Of a DNA stretch of 64,000 nucleotides, positions 12,063-27,593 are shown one piece after another; position 1 is the first letter of the stretch, and each line of letters begins with the position of its first letter. The position numbers were made by a program, and so were the translations under genes. Source of the stretch: the human T2T-CHM13v2.0 reference genome, Homo sapiens; assembly GCF_009914755.1 (NCBI RefSeq), contig NC_060925.1. One strand, given 5' to 3'. Under the pieces are notes generated by a model. That model worked only from the letters and a program-made list of their open reading frames with translations, searched no databases and had not been told where the DNA came from.

Positions 12063-13189
12063 TCACATTCTCATGTTCATTGCAGCGTTATTCACAATAG
12101 CCAAAAGGTATAAACAACCTAAATGTCCATTTATGATGTTAATGACTAAAAAAAATGTGATATATACACACAATGGAATATTATTCAGTTTTTAAGAAGA
12201 AGAAAATCCTGCTATATGCTACAACATATATAAGCATTGAGGACATTATGCTAAGTGAAATAAGCCATCACAGCGGGCAAATACTGCATTATTCCACTTC
12301 TATGAGGTATTTATAGTCAAACTTACAGAAACAGAAGATAGAATGGCAATTGCCAGGAGTTTGAGGGAGGGGAAAATGGAAAGTTGCTATCCAATGGGTA
12401 CAGAGTTTCAGTTATGTAAGATGAAAAAGTGCATAAACAATCTTGTGCTGTACACTTAGAAATATATTGACAGGCTAAATCTCATATTATGTGTTTTTTA
12501 CCAAAATTTTTTTAAATAAAAAACAATCTACAGGAGAATATTTGGGGGCATGCAAATGGGTACAGGGTGAAGGGGTTTATCTAGAAGAATAATCTACATA
12601 GAAGAAGAAACAAGTATAAAGGCCCAGACCTATTTGGTAAACTGAAATAAGTCCATTATGGCATAGGCATAGTGAACTAGGAGAGTGGTGATAGATGAAA
12701 CTAGAAATGCAGGTAGGGGCTTGATCAAACAGGGACTTATAGGCCATGTTAAAGATTTGAATTATATCCTAAAATCAATGGAAAGCTTTTGAATGGCTTT
12801 AAGAAAAGGAATAACATAATCTGAGTAGTGTTTGGGAATGAACTGTTAAGAGTTTAACAGCTTTGCTTTCCAAGACTCAATTAATGAAATAAAATTCTAC
12901 AAGGATCTCCCCTAAAAGGAAAACAGGGAAATTTCCAGAAACATCTAGAATTCAGATTTAAGGTAAACCACATTAAGAGAAAATTAATATGTGGTTCTAC
13001 AATGAAAATGGATCAGATAATCTGAATCAAATGTAAGTTCAACATAGTTAAACTATAGTAACTTGGTAAAGTCTGTCCAGAAATGGCAGGCATATACTTT
13101 CACCTCCTTTTGAAAAACAGCATTTTTTCAACTGGCAGAGAGAAAAGTGATGGAAACATGTCTCATGTCTGATTTCTCATTAAACATAG

Positions 13190-13573
13190 TGTGATGGTTT
13201 GAATGTATCCCCACCCAAATTCAGGTATTGTCTATGTGGTAGTATTAAGACGCAGGTCCTTTAAAAGGTGATTAGGCAATGAGAGCTTTGTTAATGGGAT
13301 TAGATGCCCTTATAAAAAGAGTTTGATGAAGGGAGTCTGTCCCTTTTGCCCTTCTGGTTTCTGTCATGTGAGGACACAATGTTCCCCACTTAGGCGGATA
13401 CAGCATCAACGTGCCATATTGTAAACAGTGAGCAGCCCTCACCAGACATCAAACCTTCTAAGCCTTAATCTTAGACTTCTTAGCCTCCAGAAATGTGAGA
13501 AAATAAATTTCTGTTCCTTATAAATTACCCAGTCTCAGGTATTGTTATAGCAGCACAAAAAGGATCAAGATAT
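13190..13573 (+). mobile_element. MaLR solo LTR (MSTC/MSTD-like)
   Basis: tgtgatggtttgaatgt...aaataaatttctgttccttataaattacccagtctcaggtattgttatagcagcac. Confidence 0.85.
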
Positions 13574-13915
13574 ATCCTATGAAAAATGAGTAAGTCTCAG
13601 TTGTAAAGTGTGATATGCAATGTACTTGATTAGGGTATTTTTTTAAAGCTCTTAGATGTTTGATTTGCATCAGCCCTAAAACAGCATTGTATACCATTCT
13701 ACTTGCATGGAACAAAAAAAATTATTCTCAAACTTACCTCAATCTCAACACAGTATTTAAAAATAAAGCATAATAATCAGTATTGGAAAGTTACCAGTTT
13801 CAACTTGCTTTTTTTCCCTTCTTGCACTGGTAGTCAACTAGAAATAAAAAAAATATAACCTGAATGTTTACCTAATTATTTATTTGTGAAGGCTTTATGG
13901 CAGGAAAAACCTTAC

Positions 13916-14121
13916 CAACAGTACAGGTGTCTTCAAGTACCACATCAACATTTCTGTCTCTGTATTCAACCCTGAAGTCCAGCATCCGAGGTTGCCTTTC
14001 TACAATCTGCCTGGATGGCATTACAGGTCGAAACGCTGAAGAAGAAGAGGAAGTAGGAGCTGAAGCTGGATGACTTGCTGGATTAAATGCAGGTCCTGGT
14101 ATGGTCTCACCTCCATATTCA
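13916..14121 (-). CDS. FAF1: FAF1 internal coding exon, 206 nt (exon 4), linker and start of the first ubiquitin-like domain
   Basis: cattttag|T GAA TAT GGA ... ACC TGT ACT GTT G|gtaagg. Encodes EYGGETIPGPAFNPASHPASAPTSSSSSAFRPVMPSRQIVERQPRMLDFRVEYRDRNVDVVLEDTCTV, recognised as human FAF1. Lies within ORF 13872..14156(-). Confidence 0.97.
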
Positions 14122-14429
14122 CTAAAATGTTGACATAAAAGAAGGATTATTGTCAACTAAATCATTACAGAATACTACTAGGGACCCTCTCCATACTTGG
14201 CTTGTGTTGTTCTTCCTATCAAGTAAGTTTACCTACATGTGTGTCAAGGCCAGACTTGAGTTCTACTTCCTCCATAAAATCTTTCCCATTGACTGAAGGC
14301 CACATTACTCTCCTTCCCATCCTTGCCTTTCTATGTTTATTAGCAGTATCATATCATTTAGCATTTAATCAGATTTTTACCTTGTGTTGTTATAATATTG
14401 GTAAAACATCATTTTTAACTCGGTAAATT

Positions 14430-16440
<2,011 letters not shown>

Positions 16441-17274
16441 GAGTAGAGGAATAATTATTTTAAAATTTGACTTTTCTCTGACTTAATTTATCTTATGTAT
16501 TGCCACTTCTTTTTTTTTTTAACTCTCTGAGAGAAGGTGGTGGGGAGAGAGAGAACCATAGGAGTGTTTCAGTTGTAACATCAGTATTGTATGTATCTTC
16601 CACGACCACTAGAACTCAAGACCAGCTCTAAAACATCTTTCCTCTCAACCTGAATTTAAGAACAATGTTCAATTGTTCATACAATTAAGCAGAAAAATAT
16701 TTATATTTATATTTATTTTATATTTAATTTCCTTCATACTATTGCTTTGAACAGTGTTCATCAAACTATAGATTACATAGTCGACTTGGTGAGTTGTGAT
16801 CAGTCTTTTAAAGATTAGAATAGAAATTATCAGTATGTGTCACTTAACAGGACCAACTATTGTTCCATAAAACTTTTTATTCTGTTACATAGATGTATAT
16901 GTGTGTTTGGGACTCCAAGTATTTCTCATTGTAAATCATACTCCAAAAAGTTCAAAAACAGTTAGTTTTTCAATCAACAGAGCTCAGATACTCCAGTAAT
17001 CACTGATCCAAGACAAAAATCTACCCTTTCTCCTAGTTGTTAAATTCAAAGAAAGTAATCTTGTACAAAAAAACATGGGAACCAAGAAAATGTCCAAAGG
17101 CAGGAAAGAATGCCACAGCTGAAATCCAAAGTGAGCTCTTAAATATCTATGAACAGAATCTGTGCGATGACATTTCACATCTAAAGCTTGTCATAACTTC
17201 TCAGAACTGAAGAAAAACCTAAGAAAAAGCTAGTCACTGACTTACTGTTTTTTGACTTCAAATCCACCTTTCTA

Positions 17275-17788
17275 TATAGTCTACTCTGTGATGCTGGGGC
17301 CACTATTCTGCAAAACTGTATTTTCTTCTGCTAGATGGTTTCCTGTTAGATTCTACCAAGAGGAGACACTATCTAGAGATTAGTAGTTAAAGAGGGGAGG
17401 AGATTAGTAGAGATTAGTAAAGAGGGGAGGAGAGACTTCTTTTTTCCTGCTTGCATTCATTTCCATCAGTATCACCCTGTAGGTCTTCTGCTCTTTTCAG
17501 CATTCTTATAACCAGCTTCTTGATATTCCCTTAGACATGAGCAGCAGCTGGACAGTGTACATTCACAGAGGTCTGATCCCCAGCTTCATGAGTCTCCTCT
17601 GCGCTTCATGATTCTGTTAACCCCTCTGTTCCCTAAACCTAACAGTGGTAGCTTCCTCTGGCATTTATCATATCCATGTTACCACTTTTTGCTCTTTCAG
17701 TCTTCTATACCTATGTAACCAATCCTACCTTAAATTTCCTCTGCTGAAATATCTAGCATGTTTCATTTTCCTGATTGGATCCTGATAC
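17275..17788 (+). mobile_element. LTR33-like ERVL LTR (5' side of provirus)
   Basis: ctctgtgatgctgggg...tgtaaccaatcctaccttaaatttcctctgctgaaatatctagcatgtttcattttcctgattggatcctgataca. Confidence 0.7.
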
Positions 17789-19764
17789 AGTGAAGAGTTC
17801 CCAGGAAACATACTTTCAAGGACAAGATTCAAGAATTGGCTTGATTATGTGTCCTTGACCTTCAATTCACTGCTAGCTCCTTGTCAATAATAAATGGGAT
17901 ACTAGTGATCCATTCCATGCATTGGCATAATGATTTTTGCATTATCACCCATAGCTAATTACGATGATATGCCTATTGAAACAAGTGTCTAAGACAACCA
18001 TATGACTGTCTGACTTGACTATTTTGATGGTAATAATGACACCAAGGACTCGAGGATGGCTGCTTCTGACTCGGAGACTTAAAAAAGAAAATGATACAGA
18101 GTTTGTAAGTTTTTAACTTTCAGCTCAGGTCATGACAAGATAGCTACAAAATTTTAAAAATAGCCTTTTTAAAAGTTTCTTACTTGTAACCATAGGTACA
18201 ACTCTGCCAAGAATTGGGTCCAAAATTTAATTTTGCAGATTGTAGAATTATGGTGAAAGTTGAATAAACATACTTTCTAAGTTTCCTTTGTTTTGGAAGG
18301 AGTGAGGCCCTAAGATATGGAATGAGGATACCTGGGTGAACAGCTCCTTCTCCCATGACTGAGAAGGCTAGCCTCCACTTCTGTGAAAGCTCTTAGCTTA
18401 AACTCTTAATAGTTTACTATTGGCTAAATGAAAACTCTCAAAAGAGTCCACATTTCATGAGGATGAGATGCCTGAACCTTCCTAGCATAATGCAGAAGAA
18501 ATATAGATGCTTAAAGAAACAGGAATGCTGAAGTAGATTTACCATGTATAACCTGAATATATACATACCATCCTATACATCATCCATGAGGTCCTGGAGG
18601 ATACTGCATTAAAGCATTTTAAAATACATTAGTAAGGGAATCTGTATTTGAAAAACTCTGTGGTGACTGTTTTCTGTGAGTTGGGAATGACATGGGGAGA
18701 TGACACGATTGAGAAAGACTCCTGAACAAGCTAATCAGATTCCAGAATGGCAGAGGTCAAATGGCAAAATTTGACAGAGAAAAGGTAAGAACAATCATGT
18801 TAATGCACAGCATGGACAGAAAGTGGCAATCAGAAGGTTGTGATGTACAAGACCTGCAGAGACCTTTAGAAGTACTTAACTGAGCATGGGTTTTTTTGTT
18901 TGTTTTTGTTTGTTTTCTTTTTTTTTATGGCGGAGTCTCGAACTGAGCATGGTATTTTTAAGGAACAAAATTAAAGGTCAGTCTACTAAAATACTACTTG
19001 ATCTATAAACAGTAGAAACCCCAGACTTGGTAGCCTAAATCCTGACTTCAGTGACCACTGTGGAGAACCACAGTCACTTCCGGTTTCCAAACACAAGTTG
19101 GTTCACAGACATAAAGCCCCTGGATTAAATGAGGCATGGTCCCCTAAAACACAACAGTGCCACAGGTACTTATTGTAAATTTTCCTCTAAGATTTCCATT
19201 AAGACACTTGCAGCTGTTTACTAGAGTATCTGTGTGCCAATAAAAAGAAAATATCCAGATTTTTAGGAGATTACTAGATGCTAACTCTAAAATGATGCTA
19301 ATTACTGGGGAATTTACAAAAGTGAAAAATTAGAATTGGAAGTGAAGTTTTGGCCCAAATCAACTCACAGTAAATTTGATCAGTCAGTCAGTCTATCCTG
19401 CAGTTATTTCCCTAGGCCCTGGAGGTATAATAGAAAAAAACACACTCGGTAACTGGTAGATATTCCATATTGCTTTCCTGATCCATGGAGTTAGGACTGT
19501 AACGTAAGAAGGGACCACTGGAAACAAATGATCTTGCATACGTGTTTTATTTTCTATACTAATTTGTAAGCACTGGGACGTGCATTTTGCTTTCACACAG
19601 CAGGGTAGACTAATACCTTCATTGTCTTCCTAAAGATTACATCAACTCTCCCGCTCTTTGTCATAATAATAGTCTATAGAGATCTTGATTAACTTGACAT
19701 TCCAAAGAACGATACTACACTGATGACAACATAGATTGGTCCTGAATTGCATAAGCAGCAAGTA

Positions 19765-20005
19765 TAGGTTAAGTCTCCCTAATCCATAAGTCTGAAATCT
19801 GAAATGTTCCAAAATCTGAAACTTTTTGAGCACTGACATTAACACTCAAAGGAAATGTTTACTGGAACATTTTGGATATCAGATTTTTAGATTAGGAATG
19901 CTCAACCAACCAGTACGTATAATGCAAATATTCTCAAATCTGAAAAAAACTGAAATGTGAAATACTTCTGGTCCTATGCACTTCAAATAAGGAAAACTAA
20001 ACCTA
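19765..20005. mobile_element. Tigger4a/MER46A MITE inserted in the ERVL RT region
   Basis: Degenerate TIRs taggttaagtctccct / aaggaaaactaaaccta, flanked by TA at 19763-19764 and 20006-20007. Confidence 0.88.
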
Positions 20006-20539
20006 TACTTTGATACTTTGGTAGGACGCATGCATGTTAGGGATTAGCAGACACACACCACAAAAATACAAGGGCTGCCACCTTGGTAAAGTTTCTAGAA
20101 TGCAGTGGTTGAAAGCACATGAAGGTGAAAGCTGTACTTTGTATTTCCCAACAATAAATAAGAAATAACTAAGTTAACTGAGGAAAAAAAAATTTGGACT
20201 GGGAAGAGAAAAAATGATTATGTAAAATATGCTGGCACCAGCCAAAATTACACTGCTGTAGTACTACGACCACAATCAATGATAACCCTGAAAGACAGCA
20301 GTGAAAGAAAAGCCCCCCACTGGGGAGAACTTAATGTTGTACTACGTTCACCACTTCATCTGGAAGGAGAGATAGCCTGAGGTATAAATCTACATTGAAT
20401 CATAGGCAATAGATGGTGGGTTGGCCAGCTGTTCAGGTCCTGAAAAGAATAAAATTGGAAAACTGGGTGACAAGAAAGTCTAGAGAAGAGATATGAAAAC
20501 AGATCCTTTAGAATGCACACAGAATATAAACATATTTGG

Positions 20540-20868
<329 letters not shown>

Positions 20869-22299
20869 TAAGTGAATATTCTCTAAAGGCTAAGCAATTT
20901 AAAAAAAGGATCTTAATAACATAGATAAGAAGACATTGTTCAGTCAGCTTTTTTTCCCTTGCTACTGAGGCTGCTTGATGCATTAATGTACAATGTGGCC
21001 ATGTCAACAGAGATGGAGGTTAAGCATGGACACCACAACATGGACTGCCCCTCACCAAGGCTGCATCTAGCTAGAGAAACTATGGAGTGCCTAAACTGCA
21101 AATGACACAGACTAATATTGAGTCCCCAATAAGGTGCCATTTCCCAGGGACCTGGTAATAAAATATTTCCATCATGGAGGGGGCAGTGATCTATCTTCTC
21201 TGAAAAAGACACTTTTCTAAATAGGAACTTGACTTGCCTGACAGCAATGCATCTGTCAGGACCACCATTCATGGACTTTGCGAATACCATATTGATGGCT
21301 TCCCACACAACCTTGGTTCTAACTAAGGAACTTGTTTCACAGCAAAAGAAGTGCAGCACTGGGATCATCGTGTATGCCATTACCTAGGAGCAGCTAGCTT
21401 GGCAGAACAACAGAATGACTTACTAAAGATTCAGTTATGACACTGGTTAGGAGACAACCTCAAAGCTTGGGGGTCCTCCTTAAAGTATGTGGTATAAATG
21501 CTTTATATCAGTGTCCAAAACACCACACTATTTTTCATACTGCCAGAAAACACATGTATGGGAATTAAGTGTTGACAGTGATTCCTCTTACATGCCTAAC
21601 AGCTTACTAAACTTTTGCCTCCTACAACTTTGGGTGCTGATGGTTCAGAAATCATGGTTCCCAAAGATGTAACATTTCCACAACACTTCCATTGAATTGG
21701 AACTTGAGAATGTTGCTTGGCCATTTTGTACTCCTCATGGCACTGAATTACCACCTAGGGAAGGAGTACCGGATAGAGTGACTGGTCCTGATTACCAAGA
21801 AAAAAATTGGGCTGCTGCTACACTATGGACTATGACTGGAGCCCAGGAGATTTTCTGGGGCATGTCTAGTAAGAATGGAAAATTACAACTAATCAAAAAG
21901 CAGGTAAACTGAGGATTCTGACTCTTCAAAAATGAAGGTGAAAGATGCTTCACCAGGTAAAAAAACAACAACAACAAAAAAAAACAAAAACAAAAAAAAA
22001 CCCTGACCATTTGAGGTGCTGGCTGAAAACAGGGAATACAGAATAAATAGTGAAAGAAGAAACTCACAGTATCAACTATGGCCTTATGACCAGTAACAGA
22101 AACAAAAACTTTGGCAGCAAACACACAAACACACACACACACACCCCTATCTTCTTGCAGTTTGCACACTGATCCTATCAACATCACCCTAGCAGTGACA
22201 TATCACCCCAACACTGGCACTCATTTTGTTTTAGCATCAACCACTGATGTTAGCTTCTAGCTTTTTTTTTACGGCACCTTTTCCATAAGTCTCTCCACA

Positions 22300-22763
22300 T
22301 CCTGCCAAAGCTACCATTATCAGCTGAACAGGACTTCCTTCTCATATGTCTGGTGCCAAGTTCCTAGGGCTCTTCCGCTGAGCTACAAATAAAGTTCTGT
22401 TAACCTCAACCTCCATCAGCCTCTTTCCTTTGTTCCTCTATCACTTTCCTTTGTGCCCATTGGTGGTCAGCAGGGGGCTTTCCCTGGTAGATGTGTTCTA
22501 GCTGCTGCTTCTTGGCCTGGAATGGGAATCATGACCTCTACATCCCTACCCTTCTCACTGAAGCTATGAGTCTGCTCTTTCCCTGGGCTCCTTTCCTCGT
22601 CAAGCAGAAGGAACCACCCATACCTGGACTTGGTGGTCCAGCTGCCTCCTGCAGTCACTCTATCTAGGTTGTCTCAGTATCCCTTTTCTGATCTTTCAAC
22701 CTTCTCCACATCTGTGTAACTGACTCCCTATATAAAATTCCCTCTGGTAAAATTTCTTGGGTA
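22300..22763 (+). mobile_element. Second LTR33/LTR41-like ERVL LTR (3' side)
   Basis: Ends tgtaactgactccctatataaaattccctctggtaaaattt, paralleling tgtaaccaatcctaccttaaatttcctctgctgaaatat in the first LTR. Left boundary uncertain. Confidence 0.55.
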
Positions 22764-23770
22764 GACCAGGTGAGGTGGCTCACACCTGTAATCCCAACAC
22801 TTTGGGAGGCCGAGGCAGGAGGATCACTTGTGCTCAGGAGTTCAAGACTAACCTGAGCAACATGGCTGGGGCGAAACTCCATCTCTACAAAAAATAAAAA
22901 AATTAGCCGGGCTTGGTGGCACATGCCTGTAGTCCCAGCTACTCAGGAGGCTGATGTGGGAGGATCAATTGAGTCAGGGAGGTAGAGGTTGCAGTGAGCT
23001 GAGATCATGCCACTGCACTTCAGCCTGGGTGACAGAGTGAGACCTCATCTCAAAAAAAGGCAATCCAAAAAAATGAGAGGAAGAGAGAGATCTTACCAGT
23101 CAATGAAGGATCCCATCAGTTTTCACTAACATTTAATGAGACCCAAAGAATACAAAAGCATCCAAAATTATTGAATCAAAAAAGAGTAAATGTATTTTTA
23201 ACACTTCCCAGCTGTGAAAACCACCATCTTATAATCTGACCTTGCTATTCTTTTCTATTTAATCATCTAACCATGTAATCATTATAGATTTACTAATCTA
23301 TAAATACCTTTTTTAAAAAAAGATATTGATTGAATGCCAGGTGTAGTGGCTCATGCCTGTAATCCTAGCACTTTGTGAGGCCATGGTGGGAGGATGGCTT
23401 GAACCCAGTAGTCTAGAACTCCTGGGCAACATCATGAGACCCCATCTCTACAAAGAATACAAAAATTAGCTAGGTGTGGTGGCAAGCGCCTACAGTCCCA
23501 GCTACTCAGGGGGCTGAGGTGGGAGGATCACTTCAGTCCAGGAAGTCGAGGCTGCAGGAGGCTGTGATTGTGCCTGGGCTACAGAGCAAGAGCCTGTCTC
23601 CAAAAAAACAAACAACAACAAAAAAAGATACTAATGGGAAACTGGGCAAGGTGTCACGTGCCTGTAGACCCAGTTACTCAGGAGGCTGAGTCAGAAAGAT
23701 TGCTTGAGCTCAGGAGGAGTTCAAGTCCAGCCTAAGCAGCATAGCAAGACCTTAAAAATAAATAAATATA
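22764..23770 (+). mobile_element. Alu cluster: dimers at ~22764-23058 and ~23336-23627, FLAM at ~23640-23770
   Basis: Standard Alu motifs and A-rich tails. Confidence 0.9.
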
Positions 23771-24559
23771 AAAATAACACCGATTTGGAAGCTCTATGTA
23801 GAAATCTATTTTAGTTCTAAAACTTCAACCAAATAAGTGTTTTTATCCTTACTCAACTTTCCTCTACAAACAACTCAGGCTCTTGGAAGGCAATGAACAG
23901 AAAGAAAACTAAACAGGAACTCTGCACTTGTTTATTATTTCAATTCTTTAAAGTCCATGCCATGGCAAAATTTTTAGGCACCTCCTTAAAAAAAAAAAAA
24001 AACTCCGCATTTATTTTAGAGATAAACTTGTGAATCAAATCAGATTTTTTAAATGGAAATTAGACAAAGCAATACATAGAAACTAACTGGCTATAATGGC
24101 TATTTTTTAAGTACAAAACCTGGGCATTTACATATTCTGAAAGCCTAATGGTCAAGGTTTGAAAATAAACATCTTCTCTAGGTGTTCTCAATGAATTAAA
24201 CAATGGACAAATGAACAAATTGTACACCTGTCTGGGTAATAAAACAAATATGAGTTAATAAATACCATCCACTTAGTGAGTGGCTAAAATTATGCTATTA
24301 ATTTATAAAGTTTACTTTTAGAAAACATAGCATCAGCTCTCCAGTTATACAAGTAATTCACTAACATTTCTTCCTAAAAATATCTCCAAAAACAATTTTT
24401 AAAGAGGCTCTGGACAATATGTTAAATAAATAATATACTGGACCATGTAAATACACAGACTCAGTGTCTGTTTATGACTGAATGAATAGTTTACATTTAT
24501 GACTGCATAAGTTACACATAGTATGCTGTGTTAGCAATATACTGTCTCATGAAATAAGC

Positions 24560-25300
24560 CTTGGAGAAAGAGTCAGAAGACTTGCTTATATTCCTGACTC
24601 CATCAACATCAGGCTGTATCATCTGGGCCAAGTCACTTTATGACTTATCCTATCTACCTGTAAAATGAGGAAGAATAATATCTGCCTTTAATAGCTTACG
24701 ACTAAAATAATAACTATAAAAAACCAAGCTGTGGAAGACAGACATTATGTACATGTATTGGATTTCACCTTCTTTACCCAAAATAAAAATCTTTTTCTGT
24801 TCGTGTTTTTTTTAAGATGGAGTCTCACTCTGTCACCTAGGCTGGAGTGCAGTGGTGCAATCTTGGCTCACTGCAACCTTGGCCTCCCAGGTTCAAGTTG
24901 TATTTTTAGTAGAGACAGGGTTTTACCATGTTGGCCAGGCTGGTCTTGAACTCCTGACCGCGAGTGATCTGCCAGCCTCGGCCTCCCAAAGTGCTGGAAT
25001 TATAGGCGTGAGCTACCACGCCCAGCTCTCAAAGGAAAAATCTTAAAAGTTTGGAAATACCTCACTGACTGATCTTGAAGAAGACAGAGTAATAGAGAGG
25101 ATAGAGCATGGCTTTTAAAATAAGACAATCTAGACTTCACTACCTGCTTCTATGCTTGTGAACTTGGGCAAGTCTATGTAAACTCTCTAACTTTGAATTT
25201 CCTCATATGTAAAATGTAAACATTTACCTCTTACAGGTTGTAGTGAGTATTAAATGAAGAAAAATATGTCAATTGCCCAGCACACTGCCTTAAGCATTCA
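24560..25300. mobile_element. MIR fragments (~24560-24700, ~25100-25300) flanking an internally deleted Alu(-) at ~24790-25026
   Basis: MIR core ctgggccaagtcactt...ctgtaaaatgagga and cttgggcaagt...tttcctcatatgtaaaatg. The Alu jumps from caggttcaag directly to ttgtatttttagtagagac. Confidence 0.8.
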
Positions 25301-27546
25301 AAAAAAAGTTTCTTTCCCTTGGAGTTTATGGTTACATTAAAAATCATATACCCTCTTGGATTCACACAAAAACCTGATTTCAAGAAAAGCTATAAGGCAC
25401 ACACTGGCTCTTCTTTCTCTTAAAAAAAAAAAGAAACTTCTTTAGATTGCAGATAATTAGTACAGTTTTTTGTTTTGAATAATCTCTGGTCAAAGGAATT
25501 TAGTATCAACACATGTATCAGTGAGGTGGGTATTTATTTCCTACCAAAAGTTCATTATCTCATGAGAATATTGCTTTATATAGTAATTTATTTAAACTAT
25601 AGTATTTGATACCTCCTTTCTTTGTTAAGGGATGGACTAACAATTTAACAGTCAGATGTATACACAGACTGCATATATTCGACTTTATTATAAAAACCAA
25701 ACATACAAAACAAAGATCCTTTTAACTGCCTGCATATACCATTTCCAGCATCGTGCCTTCTACTTTCAGTGTTCAGCTTATAAGAAAGTACACAAAGAGC
25801 CCTCTTTTGTTTTCCTCTGGTCAGTAGACATACAAGAGGAATTTTCAGTTATGTTAAATCCACAATGATTTCAAAGCTAAAGAACAAGGTTAGGAAGGAA
25901 ATAGTTGAAGAATATTACTAGATACAACTGATTTTCTCATGTAGACATATGTTTCATTCCTTCAAAAAAAGCAAACAAAACCAACAAAATCCTACTCTGA
26001 TCACAGTTCAACCCCAAATATTATAGTAACTTTATGAGAAATCAGTTTAATACTGAATTTCTAGTCATAAAATATATTAAATAAAAAGTATAATCTGTGA
26101 CAGGAAAGATGGAATGTTTCCAGGGGAGAAGAAGTTTCTACAGTTCACCTATGGCAAATGCTATTAATTGGATGATATATCCAATATGTACTCAGAATCC
26201 AGTAGCTGAACCCACAGATTTTGCATAGCAAAAATTTTGGCACAAAAAGTGGCAATAACATTTACTCAAAAATAAAACTGGAGTGATATTTAGCAGTGTG
26301 AAACTTTCTAAACTAAGAAAAAAATAGCCATAAAGGAAGTTCATCTGGTTTGCTTTCTAGACAAGGGCTTCGATAGAATTGAATGCTCTGGAACAAACAA
26401 CAACAAACTAAAGATTAAACAAACAGAAGTTGGTAGAAACTCTAGAAATCTGCCACATTTACTCTGGATGAAAATCTTTCTGACAGTTTAGAAGAGAGGA
26501 ACGGGGGTATAGGTCTATTTTATCATTGCTTTCATCTAAAAACCATCAACCATTAAAGGTGGTACAGGTATCAAACAAATTTTGCTTCCATCCTAAATAT
26601 ATGGTTTCTTATCAAGAACAGCATGTCTTGCAGTTCATGGTGAACTTCCTGATGTTTCTGCAAGAGTACTTTTCTTGCTCTCCAAAACGACCTCATTCCT
26701 AATCTGCTGTTTCTGTTCGCCTCATCCGCACTTACCAGATCATGCTTCAGTGACTTAGAAATCCCAGCCACCAAAATTCAAGCCAATGTTTGAATTGAGA
26801 GGAAAGGGGGGAAAATCAAGTAATTAAACTACACTTGGAAGGGAGAATGGTTTTACCTCCTAAGACTTTATAAAGTGTTCTTTAATTCAGAACCAGAGTC
26901 TCCAATTTTAAGGAGACAAAAGTTATGAATTTATTTTTAACTCAAGCAATTACATTGCAACTATTATAATTCTCTTGGCCACATCTTCCAGTTTTACCTT
27001 CTGGCCATAACACAAAACCTCTAAAACCATTCCACTTGTTAACACTGGATACTTCAAGTAAAATAGTTCAGTACTCTGAAGAGTTGCATTATTAAGAACT
27101 GCCTCAAATTGTTGCAAATTATCATATACTTGATTTAGAACCCAAAAGGGAAGGAGAAAAAGTCTGTAGTAAGCCTGGAGATAAAGCCTGTATAGTTAAG
27201 TTTGATAACCATATTCTGGGGTTAGTAAACCAATAGCCAGTGCTAATAGTTTAAAAAATTCAGTTCCTTTCATCTTATAAATCAAAGGATAAGCTTGAAA
27301 AGCTTTCTTAAAAATTAAAACCACCTTAAAAGATGGTGTTACCAAATATGCAATAATTTTATACAGTTAAAAGTTGGAGACTTTGGGGAATTAATATAAC
27401 ACATAGAAATATCTGAAAGAACAATGTTAATGAACTTATATACCCCAAATCAATGCTCTATTAAAAAATAAAACAAAAAAATTAACAGCTAGCTCTGTTC
27501 TTTGTTCTGCTAAGTCATCTTAACTGGTAAGCACTTTATAACATAC

Positions 27547-27593
27547 CTTTGTAGAATGCCATTTTCCTGTGGTATTACACCATTGATAGCTGC
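27547..27593 (-). CDS. FAF1: FAF1 (FAS-associated factor 1/UBXN3A) internal coding exon, 47 nt (exon 3 by my recollection), end of the UBA region
   Basis: Minus strand reads tttgcag|GCA GCT ATC AAT GGT GTA ATA CCA CAG GAA AAT GGC ATT CTA CAA AG|gtatgt = AAINGVIPQENGILQ(S). Canonical AG/GT. The phase-2 end joins the T that begins the next exon to give AGT (Ser). Too short to appear in the ORF track. Confidence 0.96.

Larger units (their letters stand above)
5530..12530 (+). mobile_element. L1MB-like LINE-1 (inter-ORF region, ORF2 and 3'UTR), interrupted by FLAM, PHB1 retrocopy, Tigger3 and several Alus
   Basis: EN start LSVIALNLNGLNFPTKRH (~6015-6070), RT motif decayed to LFTDNM (~10160), KWTKDLNRHFSKKDIQMANRYMKR (~11370-11450), L1MB-type 3'UTR and A-rich end at ~12515. 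Confidence 0.9.

Noticed and set aside
13872-14156. 94-aa ORF as a standalone gene
   Set aside because: It is the FAF1 exon plus intronic read-through; splice sites delimit 13916-14121.
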